This document shows positions 33,645-48,188 of a stretch of 64,000 bases of DNA, piece after piece (position 1 is the first letter of the stretch; every line of letters begins with the position of its first letter). Source of the stretch: Octopus sinensis (Eukaryota); contig NC_043009.1 of NCBI RefSeq assembly GCF_006345805.1, positions 62,682,001 to 62,746,000 of the forward strand, written 5' to 3'. The notes below the pieces were generated by a model. That model saw nothing but the letters and a program-made list of their open reading frames with translations. It was not told where the DNA came from and did no database searches. The position numbers and the translations under genes were made by a program.

Positions 33645-36600
33645 AAATATATATATATATATATAAATATGTAGCAGAAGTAACAGAGTGTCTCAAGGGC
33701 TGAGAGTTCCGTACATTAGCACTTATCAAACTATTTTTTCCTGATTGTATCGCCAAACACACACACACACACAATAACGTCTAAAGAAGCACATCAGCCA
33801 AAAAACGTCGAGTTTGGTGTATACCAAAATAATTCATAGTACCGTATACAAGAATTCATTTTTGTTACTTAAATATAAAAATATTCGTTAATTCGATGCA
33901 GGTATATTTTTGCAGATTCCAGTAAAAAGGAATGATTGAAATATTCATAGTAAGTTGAAGCAATGTAAAAAATATTTTGTCTGGGGATCTTTACCTTTTG
34001 ACCGACAGATTTTTAAAATAATGTCTGGGTATTTTGCTAGCTCTTCTAATTAACAATTGCATAGAGTAAGCTACAATTTATCAAAATGTTAATGAAATGG
34101 ATTAAATGATTGATAAGAAAAGACTTAAGGCGACAAAGTATTCCGTTTATCTACATCTTATTTAGACTCTTGCATACAGATCCAACATTTGTGTACTTGG
34201 ATAAAATTTTGCTTTTAAATAACATGGTGCAGACGATCACACTTTTGTCTAGTTCCATTCCCATTAATATTAACACTAACATTATGCTAACAATATTCTA
34301 AAGTGAATTGGTTTATTCCCTTTGTGAATAAGATGGTAGAATTCAAGATGTTGATCTAAATGATGTTTCTTTCATATCCAAGAAGCAAGTCATGATTTGG
34401 AATTAAAGCGAATAATTTTTCATTGAAATTAGTTCCTTCGGTTACTGAATTCTAGAAGACTCGTACATTTTATTCAAAAAAACTTAACAATCCAGTATCT
34501 AAAGGTGAAATAATGTTTGTCCATTTTAAGATGATAGTTTTCGTTATTCTTTTCTACACTAGGCACAAGGTCCGAAATTTTCGGGAAGGGGGCCAGTCGA
34601 TTAGATCGCCCCCAGTGCGCAACTGGTACTTAATTTATCGACTCCGAAAGGATGAAAGGCAAAGTCGATCTCGGCGGAACTTGAACTCACTCAGAACGTA
34701 AAGGCAGACGAAATACCTATTTCTTTACTACCCACAAGTGGCTAGAGGACAAACAAGGAGAGATAAACGGATTAAGTCGATTATATCGACTCCAGTGCGT
34801 AACTGGTACTTATTTAATCGACCCCGAAAGGATGAAAGGCAAAATCGACCTCGGCGGAATTTGAACTCAGAACGTAACCGCAGACGAAATACCACTAAGC
34901 ATTTCGCCCAGCGTGCTAACGATTCTGGCAGCTCGCCGCCTTTTCAGTGGGTAATTATGCCATTAACTTCCAATCTAACTGGAAGATTGTGCTTCGAATC
35001 GCGAAACACAGGAGCGATTTCTCTTCGTCGTAACTCGGGCAAATATCTTTCCTCGGGTCAATTCAAGCTTCGTGATAGTAACTGGGTAACTAAGTGCTAC
35101 CCTATAAAACCTAGTGCATTGATTTTCTCGGGGCCCTATAATGCTACGAAGACAGTTTTGACTTTATTCCTCCGTCACATGTAGCTTTTTTTCTGTTATC
35201 CTTCGTGAAATTAAAAGTATTAAAAAAAAATTGTTAGGCACCGAATTTCAGTTTGCCTGCAGCACCAGGAACTGTAGAGTCGGCTCTGTGTATCTGTATG
35301 GTGTAACGCTGTTTCCAACTGGGAATTATGTTGAAGACGTATTTCCGGAATAATCAATCACTTCCACGTCTATTCAATGAGCAGGTAGTTCAGTTAATCG
35401 AACAACCAAATATTCATTGTAAAAACCGGCGGAGATCCATTTTATGAGAAATGTAAAATGTGAATACTGGACTCAATGCTTCATATATTTTCATCTCCTT
35501 ACATTTTGAGTCAAAATCCTTCTGGTTCGATGTTGATTTTCCAATCTCTTGATTGTGTTTCTTCTCTACAACCTTGGACGTCGTGCTTTTAGTTCGATGT
35601 CAATGTCTTTTCTAATGAAAAATTAACACCACAAGTGTATCTAACTATAGCTTCAGTCGTGCACCTGAAATAAGTCTTCTCTAGGCCTGTTCATCTTTAG
35701 TGTTCAGATTTTTCAATCAAACATAATGCCTATTGATTCCCATTGATTTGAATTAATCATACATTATCTCATATCTTCAAGATCTTGATGGTGTAATTAC
35801 TTAATGTAGAATAACATTGTAGGGTAGGTGTGAGAGCCTGGATCTGGTCAGTTTGAACATAAAACAGATTAACTATTTTGGCCGGATTAAATACTAAAGG
35901 GTTAAGGTATTCAAGTGCAATATTTACTCCAACTTCCACTTAACTAGGGCAGGACATTTTATAGGCGAATTACCGGGTACCTGGTACCCACTCCTAGAGC
36001 AGTAAAGCGTATTAAATTATTATTTAAGGTTCAGAAAATAAATAAAACTGATAATGAGTAACAATGGATTGCATTAAGAGAAATATTTGGAACATAAATC
36101 TTTTTTGACAGACGGTTTTTGTTGACACAGACTTGTCTCCTTCAATCCTAGGGTTTATGTGGTCTTAAAGTGTTCATGAAACTAAGAGGGTAAGAAATGT
36201 CACTTGAACCAATCATGGTCAACCTGCAGCTCCCAAGAGTGGACTGAACGGCACGTCTAACGTAAAATTACCTCGAATTTTTTAATAGTGCGCCCTGCTT
36301 CTCAAAGACGGTTACCCATGTCTGCTATAAACTATATGTGGTAGTAAGACATTACCTTTGAAATATGGATGATAGATATGGATTTCTAGGTAAAAACAGA
36401 TTGAATTCTATCAATCTAAGATAGAATTTGTGCGAGCCAACGAAGGATTCCTTGTTCGGTAGCCGTGGATGCTAGAAATAGCAGCCAATTCTCTAACTTC
36501 ATTTAACTTACAGTCTTAAAATTGGTTGAATATAGTGAATATAATATGCTAAAAAAGAAGATAGAACGGTGGACCGACGAAAATTTTACCCGCCAACTAT

Positions 36601-37144
36601 CAGCGATGGAGAACTTGGACAAGCAAATTTCATCTGGCTGCAACAGATTGGTAAAAAAAAAAAAAACAGCTTAAAAGTTTTAAATACAAAACTCAACGAA
36701 AAGAGCAAGTTTCTTCTGTCTCTATGCGACGTTTGGTATTTAGGTATATTTTAGTTAAGTTTAACTAGTAAAATATACTTCTTAAAAATGAAGATGAACT
36801 AATCAAAGATTACTTAATTGAAAGAAATTATGTGTAAAACAAAACGTTTCCTTAAAACGAGCGATGTTTTATTTGTTTACACAGAAATACGAATAGAGAG
36901 AGTTAACGTGATTTAAATAGGAAGTTGTTTTTATTGAGAACCGGTTAGAAACATTGTAACGCGCGCTTTTCCATACTGAAATATAAACGGCGAAAACTTC
37001 ATATTTCACTTAAGAAGAAGCTTTGACAAGTCGCTAAAAAAAAAAAAAATGAGCACAAACAGAATACCTCAAAACTATATACATTCATATTTATATGTAT
37101 GAACGAAAATTTCGTACACTGCATTGTGATCCTGTGTTTGTGTG

Positions 37145-37175
<31 letters not shown>

Positions 37176-37638
37176 CTTACACACTCATAGAACAGTGTAT
37201 AGAGTTTTTGTCGATCATAGTGAGTACATGAATAAATTGATGAAATATTAAGCCGTGAGTAACTTTTGAGAATAGTTTACGAAGAGAAACTATAATTTCA
37301 GTGGAAACGCGGGAACTCGCAACTCGAGTTGTTCAGCTTTTTGTAAGAGGTGTAACTTTGTTAAAACTTTACAAAGAAAGTAAAATGGGGATAAAGAAAT
37401 TTTTGCTAGATGCATAATTAGTTTAAAATGTATTTTCTTTGAATGAATGGTGAAAGAAAAAGTTAATCTAAACTGAATTCTGAAAACGCTCTGAAGATAC
37501 CAAAATGATTACAACCGGTGTATGGGTCAACACAAGTTCCTACTAACTTTTGGTGACTTAGTGTAGTTAGGGGGTATATACATTCGATACTTACGAAATA
37601 AGGTAATTTAATTTTTTTATGGGGCTAATATGTAAATT

Positions 37639-37789
37639 TATGCAAATGAGCTTACGTCATACATAAATTATGCTAATGAGACCCGGAAGTGGTCGCTGTC
37701 ACGTGATCGCACAACCTTCAAAGTTGAAGACGCCATATTTCACATCATAAACGGTGTTGAGAAAAAAGGGGAAAGGCCGAAGTCGTGAG
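37639..37789 (+). promoter_or_regulatory. CpG-rich, motif-dense promoter and probable non-coding first exon
   Basis: ATGCAAAT 37640-37647, TTACGTCA 37652-37659, ATGCTAAT 37670-37677, CCGGAAGT 37683-37690, GTCACGTGA 37698-37706, CGCCATATTT 37731-37740, and donor GAG/GTAGGC after 37789. Confidence 0.6.
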
Positions 37790-40700
37790 GTAGGCAAAAC
37801 AGTTCGAAGATATACAGTATATATATGTACTACGCTATCAAGTGTGGTAGGAACGACGATGATATGCGAGAGAGCGGTTGTGCTTAGGCACAAATATTGA
37901 AGCATTTATCGAACAGCTTAACGCCGACATTTACATATATATATATACACACATATATACACACATATATATATATATACACACACACATCGCAGTGCAC
38001 GAGTTGTGTGTGTGTCTGTGTGTGGTTTGTTGGCTGAAAAAAAAACACAGACAAGAAACGACAGGAATTCGGTTTAGTAACACGAAACAACAAAACAAAT
38101 AAGAGAGAGAGAGAGAGAGTGGAAAATCTAAACCTAAACAGAGAGAAATCAGGTATAGTATATATATATATATATTTGTATATTTGTTTCAATGGTATTC
38201 GATCGTTGTTCTGTTCTTCTCTCTCTTGTGTGTGTTGGATTTTATTTATGGAGAGAGAAGAAGAGGGGGGGGAAAGAAAAATTACAGAAAGAGAAATAGT
38301 GATAAAATTTTTTTTGGCAACTGGAGTGGTCCACTGCTGACGATGTCTCTGTCTCTCTCTTTCTCCCCCCCCGGTCTCTCTACCCCCTCTCTCTATATAT
38401 CTCTATCTATCTCTCTCTTTCTCTCTCTCTCATGCCAACTGACTGCCTTCTTTCTCTCAGAAACTTGCTCTATTGCTTAATTGCTTGCTATTTCATTTTC
38501 CTTGCACTTTTGATTTCTTTGCGTTATACATACGTATTTCCCCATCCCCCCTCTTTCAATATATATACACACACACACACATATATATACACACACACAC
38601 ACACACGCCAGATGTAAATGAATTTAATTTAATTTAATTTAATTTATTTGCCTAAGTTTTGCCGAAACTATGCATAGTCTAGAGATGAAAGGGGTAAACG
38701 TTTTTATTTCTCTTTCTATTTCAGAATTACAACTATTTAGCGGTTTGAGTTTGGCTGCTCTTTCTAGTGAATCGAATGTCCTATATGGCCATTCCTTATA
38801 TTGTTGAATACACACACACACACATATATATACACACATATATATATAGAGGGAGAGGAGATGCATACATATACATACATGCATACACACATACGCACGA
38901 TCTGTACAATGCAAATTGGCTGGAACGAAAAAACCTTCACACAGACACACAAAGATACCAAGTACAGTGGTAATCGTGTTTGTATGTTCTCATGCCGTAT
39001 AACTACTACCTCTGCATGTAGCATTCATTCATTGTAATCGTCGGCTTTATCCTGCTGTGTATATATATAAATATATCTATATCATATATCTTCTACACTC
39101 TAGCCACATCATCCTCACTCCACACTGACTTATGAATGAATTTTTGCTGCTTTCCGTCTAATTTAGGATGGTTAAAAGTGATCGGGGGGCTTGATCTTTC
39201 TCTGTTCCACAGATTCTAACTAAAACCAACCATTCGGTGGTGTAGAGATTTAGTGAGGAGGCATGGATGAAGTAGAATATTTAGAAAAAGTTTTCACAAT
39301 TGATCTTTTCAGAAATGTTGTTAAAAGTGTTTATTTACTGACCACGTTGTCTGCCTGGTGCTAATTATATATTATTATTATACATCGATTGTTTATTTAG
39401 CGAACCACAGAAAAGCATTACTGCTGGGTCTGATGGAGTTTTTTGTTTTTTGTGTTACGTACAACATGCATTAAGTGACCTTACCTGTATTTCCCCGCTC
39501 CTGTGTAATATAAATACATCTCTAATTTAGATTACCTGTTTAAATTTAATCCCTTTCAGTTTTTCAATAAATCTTACTCTCCCTAAATAGTCAAATTCAT
39601 TCTTCTATCTTCCCTATTGCTTAGATATTCATTCTTAAGGTATTTCTTGTATATTCGGACAAAAGGAGACGAGAAAATTAACCATTTTTCTTTACCTCTG
39701 CCTCTTTGTTGTTCATCACAATATCAATATTTCGTCTTCGCAATCTCTTGACAAAAACTCAAGATGTCAATTATTTGCAAATTATAAAACTGATCATCAT
39801 TGTCACCATTTTCAAATGTTTACAGTCATCCTCCACCTCCTTTCTCTCTCCTTTAACCATCAAATACAAGTTCGTCCCTGGCGAATCTTCCAACTTTAAT
39901 AATTCCCTTATAATAAATAACCACGAAACTTATATCCGTTGCTTATTTCTCTTTAAATGATGGCAAAATGCCTTTTCTGAACTTACAAACACAAAGATTA
40001 CGATAGTCTAAAGATATAAAGATTTGTTTTAGTGGGTCAATCAATCAGCCTAGACATTTTACAGCCAGTCCACCACCATTCTACAGCCTTCCTAAGACAA
40101 ACTCTCTCTCTCTTCCTTGCCCAGAAGCCATGAGACAGCCATGCCGAGAATTATAGATTTTACACAACTTTTAGCTCATCAAAACACAACAGTAATCAGA
40201 TAGTGATTATTAGTAAATAACATCGAGTCTATTTAATTAGATTTGACTACCAAAAACTTTACAACTTCCTCCTTCTTTAATCGGTTCAGTTAATTGATCA
40301 CCAAATCTTTGTTCTGTTAAAAAACAAAAAGAAAAATTCTCACCGCGCCATATTTTGTTTTTTTTTAGTGATCTAGATTATTATTATTATTATTATTATA
40401 CACAAAGGAGGTTATTATTGCTCGTAGTTCGGTGAATGCGATTTAGAAGAGACAATAAAACGGAAGCATCGCAATGAATCCATTATTTTTTTTGCGATTT
40501 GCGGCAAAAAAACAACAATTATGTAAATTAATAAAAGAAAAAAAACAAAAACAAAAAGGAGCTTCTTCCGACTCTGATATTTTTGTATGTAATAAGAAAC
40601 CTCCTGACTGGGTGGACAAGGAGAGGAATTTCACTGGATAAGGGGGAAATATATATATATATATATATTACTACTTGCATGAAGGCGAAGAAAGATTAAC

Positions 40701-41469
40701 GAAGACAATGCCTAAGCGAGACCATATTCAGGTCGTGTTGTATTATGACCAAGGAAATATTTTAGTACTAAATTTACCACCACATTTATATGTGTTTGCA
40801 CTCTGAAGTCTGTAATTGAATCTGTCGCTTCGTTATTCTTTCTTTCTTTCTTTTGTTTATTGGAAAGCTTTTTAATTAATAATTAGGAACGATCTTTGAT
40901 ATTGTTTCTTATTAAATATTAACGATATTTTTTTTATAAGTTTTCAACGAAAGGTTATTTCGATGGGTTGACCAAGTTATCAGTTATATAAAATATGGTA
41001 GTCTTCTGAATCAGCAGAGGTGGTGTTTTTTTTCTTTCCTTTATGGCAGTGTTTGAGTTTATAAATTTTCTCGGTAACAGTGATGTGAGGTGCAAAAATG
41101 TGACTTCATCATTCGGTGTGACTAGCAAGAAAGACTTGAGTATTTCTGATCACTGCCAGCTATCATCATCAGATGTAAGGAAGCTGAACTCAGCATATCT
41201 CTCCGTGGAGCACTGCTACTCCGGCATTTATTCATTTAAGCGGGGATTTTTTTTTTTTTACCCCCATCTCAACTTTTCTCTTATGCTTTTTTTTCTTCTA
41301 TTTCGTGAGGTCTTCGGAATTAGGTTTTGAATATAGGAGAATCAGAATCTGCAAATTTTCTTTCGAAACAAAAACGTATTTTATGAAAAAAAAAACAACA
41401 ACAAAACAAAAGATCAAGGAATTTCAATCCGATGCTTTATAAATGTATTTCTATATTAATTATTACATA

Positions 41470-42350
41470 GATAAAGAACAGGAATATTTGAATATTTTGT
41501 AATAGCCATTCGTCAAAGAGATCTTCGTGAAACTCCCACCAGGTACGAATCTAGTAGAATTTTTTGCTGTCCTTGCCTGCTTCTTGTTGCATCTCTTTTG
41601 CAGAATTCCAGGTTGCCTTTCTTATGTGATTCTGCATTCAGCGGGAGTGACACGGGATCGACGAAATTAAATGTTGTAGTTGACATTGAAGTGTTTGTTG
41701 ATATTCTAACGGCTGAGTGATATTGTAGCAGACACTACTACCCAAAGATCGAATGTAATAAACTCTCTCGTCCCTGGCAGGACATAATGTTGCTGTACAA
41801 GTACTGGATGTCTGGAATCCACTTCGATCAGAAAGCACCGCCTTGGCACCACCAAAACACTTACCATGTTCTCTTACCACGTGTCCAATATATTTTCGTT
41901 TGGCCAAAGTAGATTCATCAATTCCAACGAACTGCCCGACTCCAGCCAGTTTTGCTTTGGATTCAGCAAAAATAAAATGTTTTCCACGAACTTCCGGGAC
42001 AGTAATTCTTCCAATTACAAAATGGCATCGCTGACAATAACGACAATCTTCAGGAAGAAAGGGATTGAAGTATCATAAATAGATATTTACCATTTTTATA
42101 TCAGTGACAGCATAACTATCGAAAGACATTTGGGTACGGACAACATTCGGATATTACAGGCCCACATGAAACGGTCGGCATGTTTCTTCCGATCTATTTT
42201 TTACTTACTCGTGAAAGCTCCACAATTTTAACAAAACAATGTCTTTATCTACCAGACCATGTGCAACCCATGGACAGCTTCTTGTGGTCTTTTAATGCAG
42301 GGTGTGATGACATTAATGTTGAAATCAGATACCAATGGATAATTTGAGAG
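41470..42350 (-). pseudogene. Decayed Merlin (IS1016/IS1595-like) DDE transposase
   Basis: Frameshifted minus-strand peptides in the expected order: CNWKNYC, KLAGVGQFVGIDESTLAKRKYIGHVVRE..FGG, QQHYVLPGT...DLW, HFNVNY, NFVDPVS, LLDSYL. These match the ISXO2/Merlin pattern (VEIDES..KRKYNRG, QWVFGG, PGT.I.SD.W, HLTVNH, NFVDP, LDSYL). Confidence 0.8.
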
Positions 42351-43455
42351 ATATTAGTTTACAAAAATGATTGATGAAGCATTTAAGTATTGTAGTTGTT
42401 TCATAATGTGGACAATTGAGAAATACCGTTTTATTTATTAAGGATGAAAATAAAAATGCAATTATAAATGAAAGCAAAATTTATCATAAAGTACCTTTAA
42501 TATTCGTAAACTCCTTTCACTTTAAAAGAAGCACTTGACAATGGAATTAGTTTCTCATTAAAAAAAAAATAAAAGAACAATAATGTTTTTGCAGATTCTG
42601 AATCTGATATTGAAAATTAAAGAATAAACCCCACCGGTTTTATTATATATATATAAAAGCAAAATTAGGTTGTGTTTAAAAATCCCATGCTTAGAGGAAT
42701 AATTGCCTCTACTCCTTGCTATATATCAATCTCACTTCCTTCTTTCATCACCTTTATCACCATTTCTCTTGTCTCCTGAGGTATTTTTTGTACGTCTTCT
42801 TTCTGGTTTAAACCCAGTCGTTATTTTCTTCCCACGTATATATATATATATATATACTTGTTACTCTTCAATCTTCCCCTTCTATTTGTTGACACCAACC
42901 AGTGTTATTATCTAGAATGTTCTAAATCTCTTCTCATTGATCATTTCAACCTGTGATTTGTTTTTTTACGTTTTGGAGATCTTAGGTGTGTTTATCTATA
43001 TACTTACACCCCCCTCTCTGTCTCTCTCTCTCTCTATATATATCACATACACACACACACGCACGAACATACAAAATTGTAAGCGTACATTCATATGCTG
43101 ACAAGCACACAAACAAAAGAATCGCCTCTACAAACGAACACGCATTCGAACACACAGACACAGGACATGGATAGTCAGTGTACAAACACACACACACACA
43201 CGTGTGTGTGTGTGTGTACAGTTGAAGTCCATCTGATGATATAACAGTGAAACGTTTCCCTTACCATATCGTCTCTATCATCATCATCATGTTTCTAAGC
43301 TACTGACCCCCTCATTTATTAAAGTTCATCGATATTTCACCCTCATTGGTATCAACTTTCACTCCTGGACCCCCTCCTTTTTTCCTCTTTTTGTTGTCAC
43401 TTGTATTGTACCCTTGTCTCGTTACACCAATCCTTGTATCAAAGATTGCCTCTTT

Positions 43456-43494
<39 letters not shown>

Positions 43495-46400
43495 GATCTC
43501 GTCCTAGATAGACATTTCAGCTGACGCTCATTACTTAGCAGAGGCATGAGCACCACCACCCATTGTCTTCCCCTCATATAACATGGCATCATGCATTTAT
43601 TAAATAAAAGCACTTGACCACCGCAACCACCACTACTATTACTACTGTGATCATTGCTTATCTGAACATGTTTCTAAACATGCTTTTCCGGTGTTGGTCA
43701 CCTACTGCTGTTAAAAACACGCACGCAACATAAAACTATTTACACACGCATACCAAAGACACATCTCATATATTCACTATGCCAGTACCGCCTGACTGGG
43801 CCCCCCGTGCTGGTGGCACGTAAAAGCACCCAATACAATCTCGGAGTGGTTGGCGTTAGGAAGTGCATCCAGCTGTAGAAACTCTTGCCAGATCAAGATT
43901 GGAGCCTGGTGCAGCCATCTGGTTCGCCAGCCCTCAGTCAAAATCGTCCAACCCATGCTAGCATGGAAAGCGGACGTTAAACGATGATAAAACCACACAC
44001 ACACACACACAAAAATCACCATGTCTCTTTGTTAGTGATCGTTTGAATTCTCCAAAGAATCTTAAAGAAGACGCATACATACATTTTGTTTTCGTCAAAC
44101 TACTTTGTGAGAGAGTTATTTTTGGGGTACCTTATTAACTGAACTGTGGTACATAAACAACATAAGTGAAATATACCAGTTTTCTTTCCAGTTGTGCAAA
44201 CTATATAAAAAGTCCCCTGTTCAAACTACATCCATTTTACATGTCCTGCCCATTGTAGCTGCATGTTTTAGATCTTGCGACTACATGTTAATGAATCCAT
44301 CATTCTGGAGCCACATTATGTTTGTGCATCCTATTACTGCCACGTGTTGTGCATGTGCAGACTTGTATTAGATGTTATGCATCCATCGATGCTGAGGGTG
44401 GTGGCCGACAACCACCTGTGTAGCAACACACACACACACACACACACAAGGGACGTAATTCGGTGTTTGTTACCTGGAAGATGTTCTTTGTTGTGTTCTG
44501 GGAGATCTTTCTGTTTAATTCCTGTTACACATTTTTTTGAGAAGTGATTTCTTCCATTTTCCTAATCTGTCCAGTAAAAAGTAGATGTCTTACTTATGAT
44601 AGCTGTCATATATAAATGTGTGTATGACTCAGTTTCAAGTACATCCTTCTCATTTAGAAATGTGTACCTGTATTTGAATGCGTTGCTGATAAATGTGGTT
44701 TACCTCAGTGTGAGCGAAAAATGCAACAAAATGACAGGATGGGGAAATGATATAACAGATAAAAGATGACTTGTTGCTGGTTTAAGTGTTGAATTCTACA
44801 GGCAAATAGGAAGGTAGGCGAATGGTTGGATCAGATCTATAGAATCGTACCAATGTGCAATATATATATATATAAACATACACATATACGTAGTAAGCAT
44901 TATTTATAGAAACTTAACCACAATGGACAAATGATTCCATCAGCCAAACTTGTATTCTGGTGCGAGTTGTAAACATGTAAACATTCTTGTGTATCATTAA
45001 GTAATTAGTGTTTATTTTTTGTTGTCGTTAATGACATAATTAAATTTCTGCTCATTATAAATATTTACTTGGGCGAAGATACTCTACAGTGTATGGAAGA
45101 AGAATATATTTTCAGCTGTTAGAACTGTAGCCAGATTTGTTGGAATTTGTCCAGATAGCTTTTTATCTAAATAGAAAACAGCCACACTCACACACGTACA
45201 CATAGATTTATAAGCGAATGTTTATAAACTTGAAATTTCATTAATTTTCTTATTTTTAGCTTGAACTTAGCCCTTCAATGCACAGTGTTCCAGAAATCAG
45301 GCCTGTGAGAAAATTATACAATGCAAGCTAATATTGTGGAATGAAAATTCAATGTTACACATTAATTACTGGATGAATGGTAGGAACATCAGGTGTGATT
45401 GAATTTATAACATACTGCAGGTGTAGCTGTGAAGTAACTGGAGTAATATACCTCAGGTGTGACTGAGCTAACATCAGGTGTTAATATATAATTGTTAGAT
45501 AACACCATACTCAGATTAATTAATGTGAATTATTCAATGTTTCAGACAGCTTTTGACCGAGTGGTGGTGGTGATGAAGGTGATAGTAGATACAAACCCTT
45601 TAGAATAGTGGTGCTTAACCGTTTTAATATCCAGACCAGATCCAAAACAGATTTATTTTTTTAGGGGGACACACCAAAAAAATGTAAAACAAGTCAATTA
45701 AAGAAATATTTATGGAGGGTTGCAAGAGGCCCTGGGAGTCACAGTTAGTGTAGTTTTTATTTATTTATTTATTTTTTTGTTTATGTCGGGAATCATTTTC
45801 ATGTTGTTCCTTAATAGTATCATTATCATTGTACAATAACAGAGCAAAACTTCTCCAGGTATTATGTCTAGCAAGGCAGATTTCCATGTTGTTAACTCAT
45901 CGTTTCTAAAAGATTTCATCATTTCAAGATAACAACAATGTATTAAATTATTCAAATGATAATGTCCAACCACTGGACATTAATAAGGGGGAAATATTAC
46001 CTTAATTGGTAACAGGTGAAGGTTGATGACAGGGAGGGAATCTGGCTGTGGAAACTATGCTTCAATAAACTCTGAATGATACAAGCATGAAAAAGTGGAC
46101 ATTAAAATGATGAGGATTATGCCAGGTACCCCCATCAACAGGTATTGATAATTCTAAATTCAAACAAATGAGATTTTCTAGGATTTTATCATGCATGGCC
46201 AGAACTGCTACAACAAGCATATCAAAGACTTTATTCGGCAAAACTCGTAAACATCACATTAATTATTGTTTCCGTCTTCATTAAATCAGATCACCATCAT
46301 CATTTAACTACTTCAAAATTCTTTTTTTTTTTTATTTAAATTTTTAGATAACTTTCATTTCTTCCTTCCTGTTCTTTCACTTTACATCTGTTTTCCATGC

Positions 46401-47337
46401 TAGCATGGGTTAGATTAATACTTATTGAGACTTAATTTCGCAGGCAGATGCCCTCCCCATTGCTAATCCTTAATTTTTCGTAAGAGTTAGCAAACAATTT
46501 GTTGATATTTCTACATAATCATTTAAAAAAAACCCTTTTACTTGTTTCAGTCATACTGCGACCATGCTGGGGCAATGCCGTCAAGAAATTTAGTCAAATT
46601 GACCCCATTATTTATATCTTTTTTAAAACTTGGTACTTATTCTGTCAATCTCCTTTGCTGAACTGTTAAGTTATGGGAATGTAAACATACCAATACCAGT
46701 TGTCAGGTGGTGGTGGTGGTGGTGGAGACAAACAGATACAAAGACACATGCATATATATGTGTATATACAATGGGCTTCCTTTAAGTTTACGTCTACCAA
46801 ATCCACTCCCAAGGCTATGGTCAGACTGAGCCTATAACATGAAGACATTTGCCCAAGGTGCCATGCAGTAGGACTGAACCTGGAACCATTTGGTTGGGAG
46901 ACAAACTTCTTTACCACACAACACTTTTATCTGAAGAATGGAAAAATAACCATTCAAATTACATAAATGCATATCTATACAACAGGCTTCCACACAGTTT
47001 CTGCCTACCAATTCCAGTAGAAGACACTTGCTCAAAGCACCATGCCATGTGATAGGACTTGAGATGACGTCGTAAGAAAGCTACTTCCTTTCCCACACAG
47101 CTGTGTCTGTCCCTATCCTGTAAATAATTTATCATCTTTAGAATGGGAGGAAGGAATTTGCCCAAGGTGCCACACAGTGGGACTGAACCTGGAACCATGT
47201 GGTTGGGAACCATTTAACTGTTTCTTCGTCTTGTACACGATTCATCTGCTATATGAGTGATGCCTAATGTTTTTAAAGTCTCTCTCATCTTATCAATAAG
47301 AAATGGTTATAGCTATAATATTGTTGAATTTCATTAA

Positions 47338-47551
47338 CCTTTTAGCATTTAATCAAGCCAGATCTGACCAAAATAGTCTCTCTGTTCCAATTTTTAAACT
47401 GGCTGGATCTGGCCTCTCATACTTACCCTACAATATTATTCCAAAAATAGAAAATCACATATTGAAATTGCAAAGCTACAAAGTAACACATGACTAATTA
47501 TTATCAATGTGAATAAATTACATTTGACAGAAAAATCTGAATGCTAATGGG
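47338..47551. mobile_element. Second piggyBac-like MITE family
   Basis: TTAA-CCTTTTAGCATT ... AATGCTAATGGG-TTAA. Related copies at ~35694-35901, 16505-16650 and 56450-56570. Confidence 0.7.
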
Positions 47552-47567
47552 TTAATAATAATAAAGT

Positions 47568-47785
47568 GGCGAGCTGGCAGAAACATTAGCACGCCGGGCG
47601 AAATGCTAGGTGGTATTTCGTCTGCCGTTACGTTCTGAGTTCAAATTCCACCGAGGTCGACTTTGCCTTTTATCCTTTCGGGGTCGATTAAATAAGTACC
47701 AGTTACTCACTGGGGTCGATAGAATCAACTTAATCCGTTTGTTTGTCCTCTCTGTGTTTAGCTCCTTGTGGGTAGTAAAGAAATA
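47568..47785 (+). mobile_element. tRNA-derived SINE family B (GGCGAGCTGGCAGAA... head)
   Basis: tRNA-like head with B box GAGTTCAAATTCC and core GGTCGACTTTGCCTTT.ATCCTTTCGGGGTCGAT. Other copies at 58236-58440 (+), 34560-34940 (-), 27590-27742 (-), 29375-29600 (+), 50415-50630 (-), 50690-50865 (-) and 59375-59560 (+). Confidence 0.8.
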
Positions 47786-48188
47786 AGGTTAATAATTTCC
47801 AGTTGTAACCAATTTCTGTCTGTCTGGCTCAACCTAATCCATTGTTCCTGATTTCCACTAGCTTATTATATGAGGTGCAATGTGGCCTTTTGGGCATCTT
47901 ACTCTTTTTTTTTTCATTGTTCACTCTCCTCCTCGAATGCCTGCTGGTTCTATATTTATCGTAGGTGATGTGTATCCTAACCCAGAATTTGACGCTATTA
48001 AGATTTGTACGTGTTTTATAAGAGGTAGCACCAGTAACATAAAGGTGTGATTGTGGCAAAATTGTTGTTGGTAGTATAAAGAAATATGTTTGAAGAAAAT
48101 TGGGAATTAAAACTGAAACCCACTTTTAAGGTAGTTGGAACATTAATGCAAATGTTAGGACAAACTAGTCTGCTTGCCGGCAGTTTAA

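Noticed and set aside
41044-41158. TGGCAGTG...CTGA-T-CACTGCCA as a box C/D snoRNA
   Set aside because: A terminal stem and D box are present, but there is no RTGATGA C box next to the 5' stem. It is equally explained as an exon or by chance.
41470-42350. IS1595-like transposase as bacterial contamination or recent horizontal transfer
   Set aside because: It is heavily frameshifted and embedded in host-type flanks; eukaryotic Merlin elements explain the similarity.
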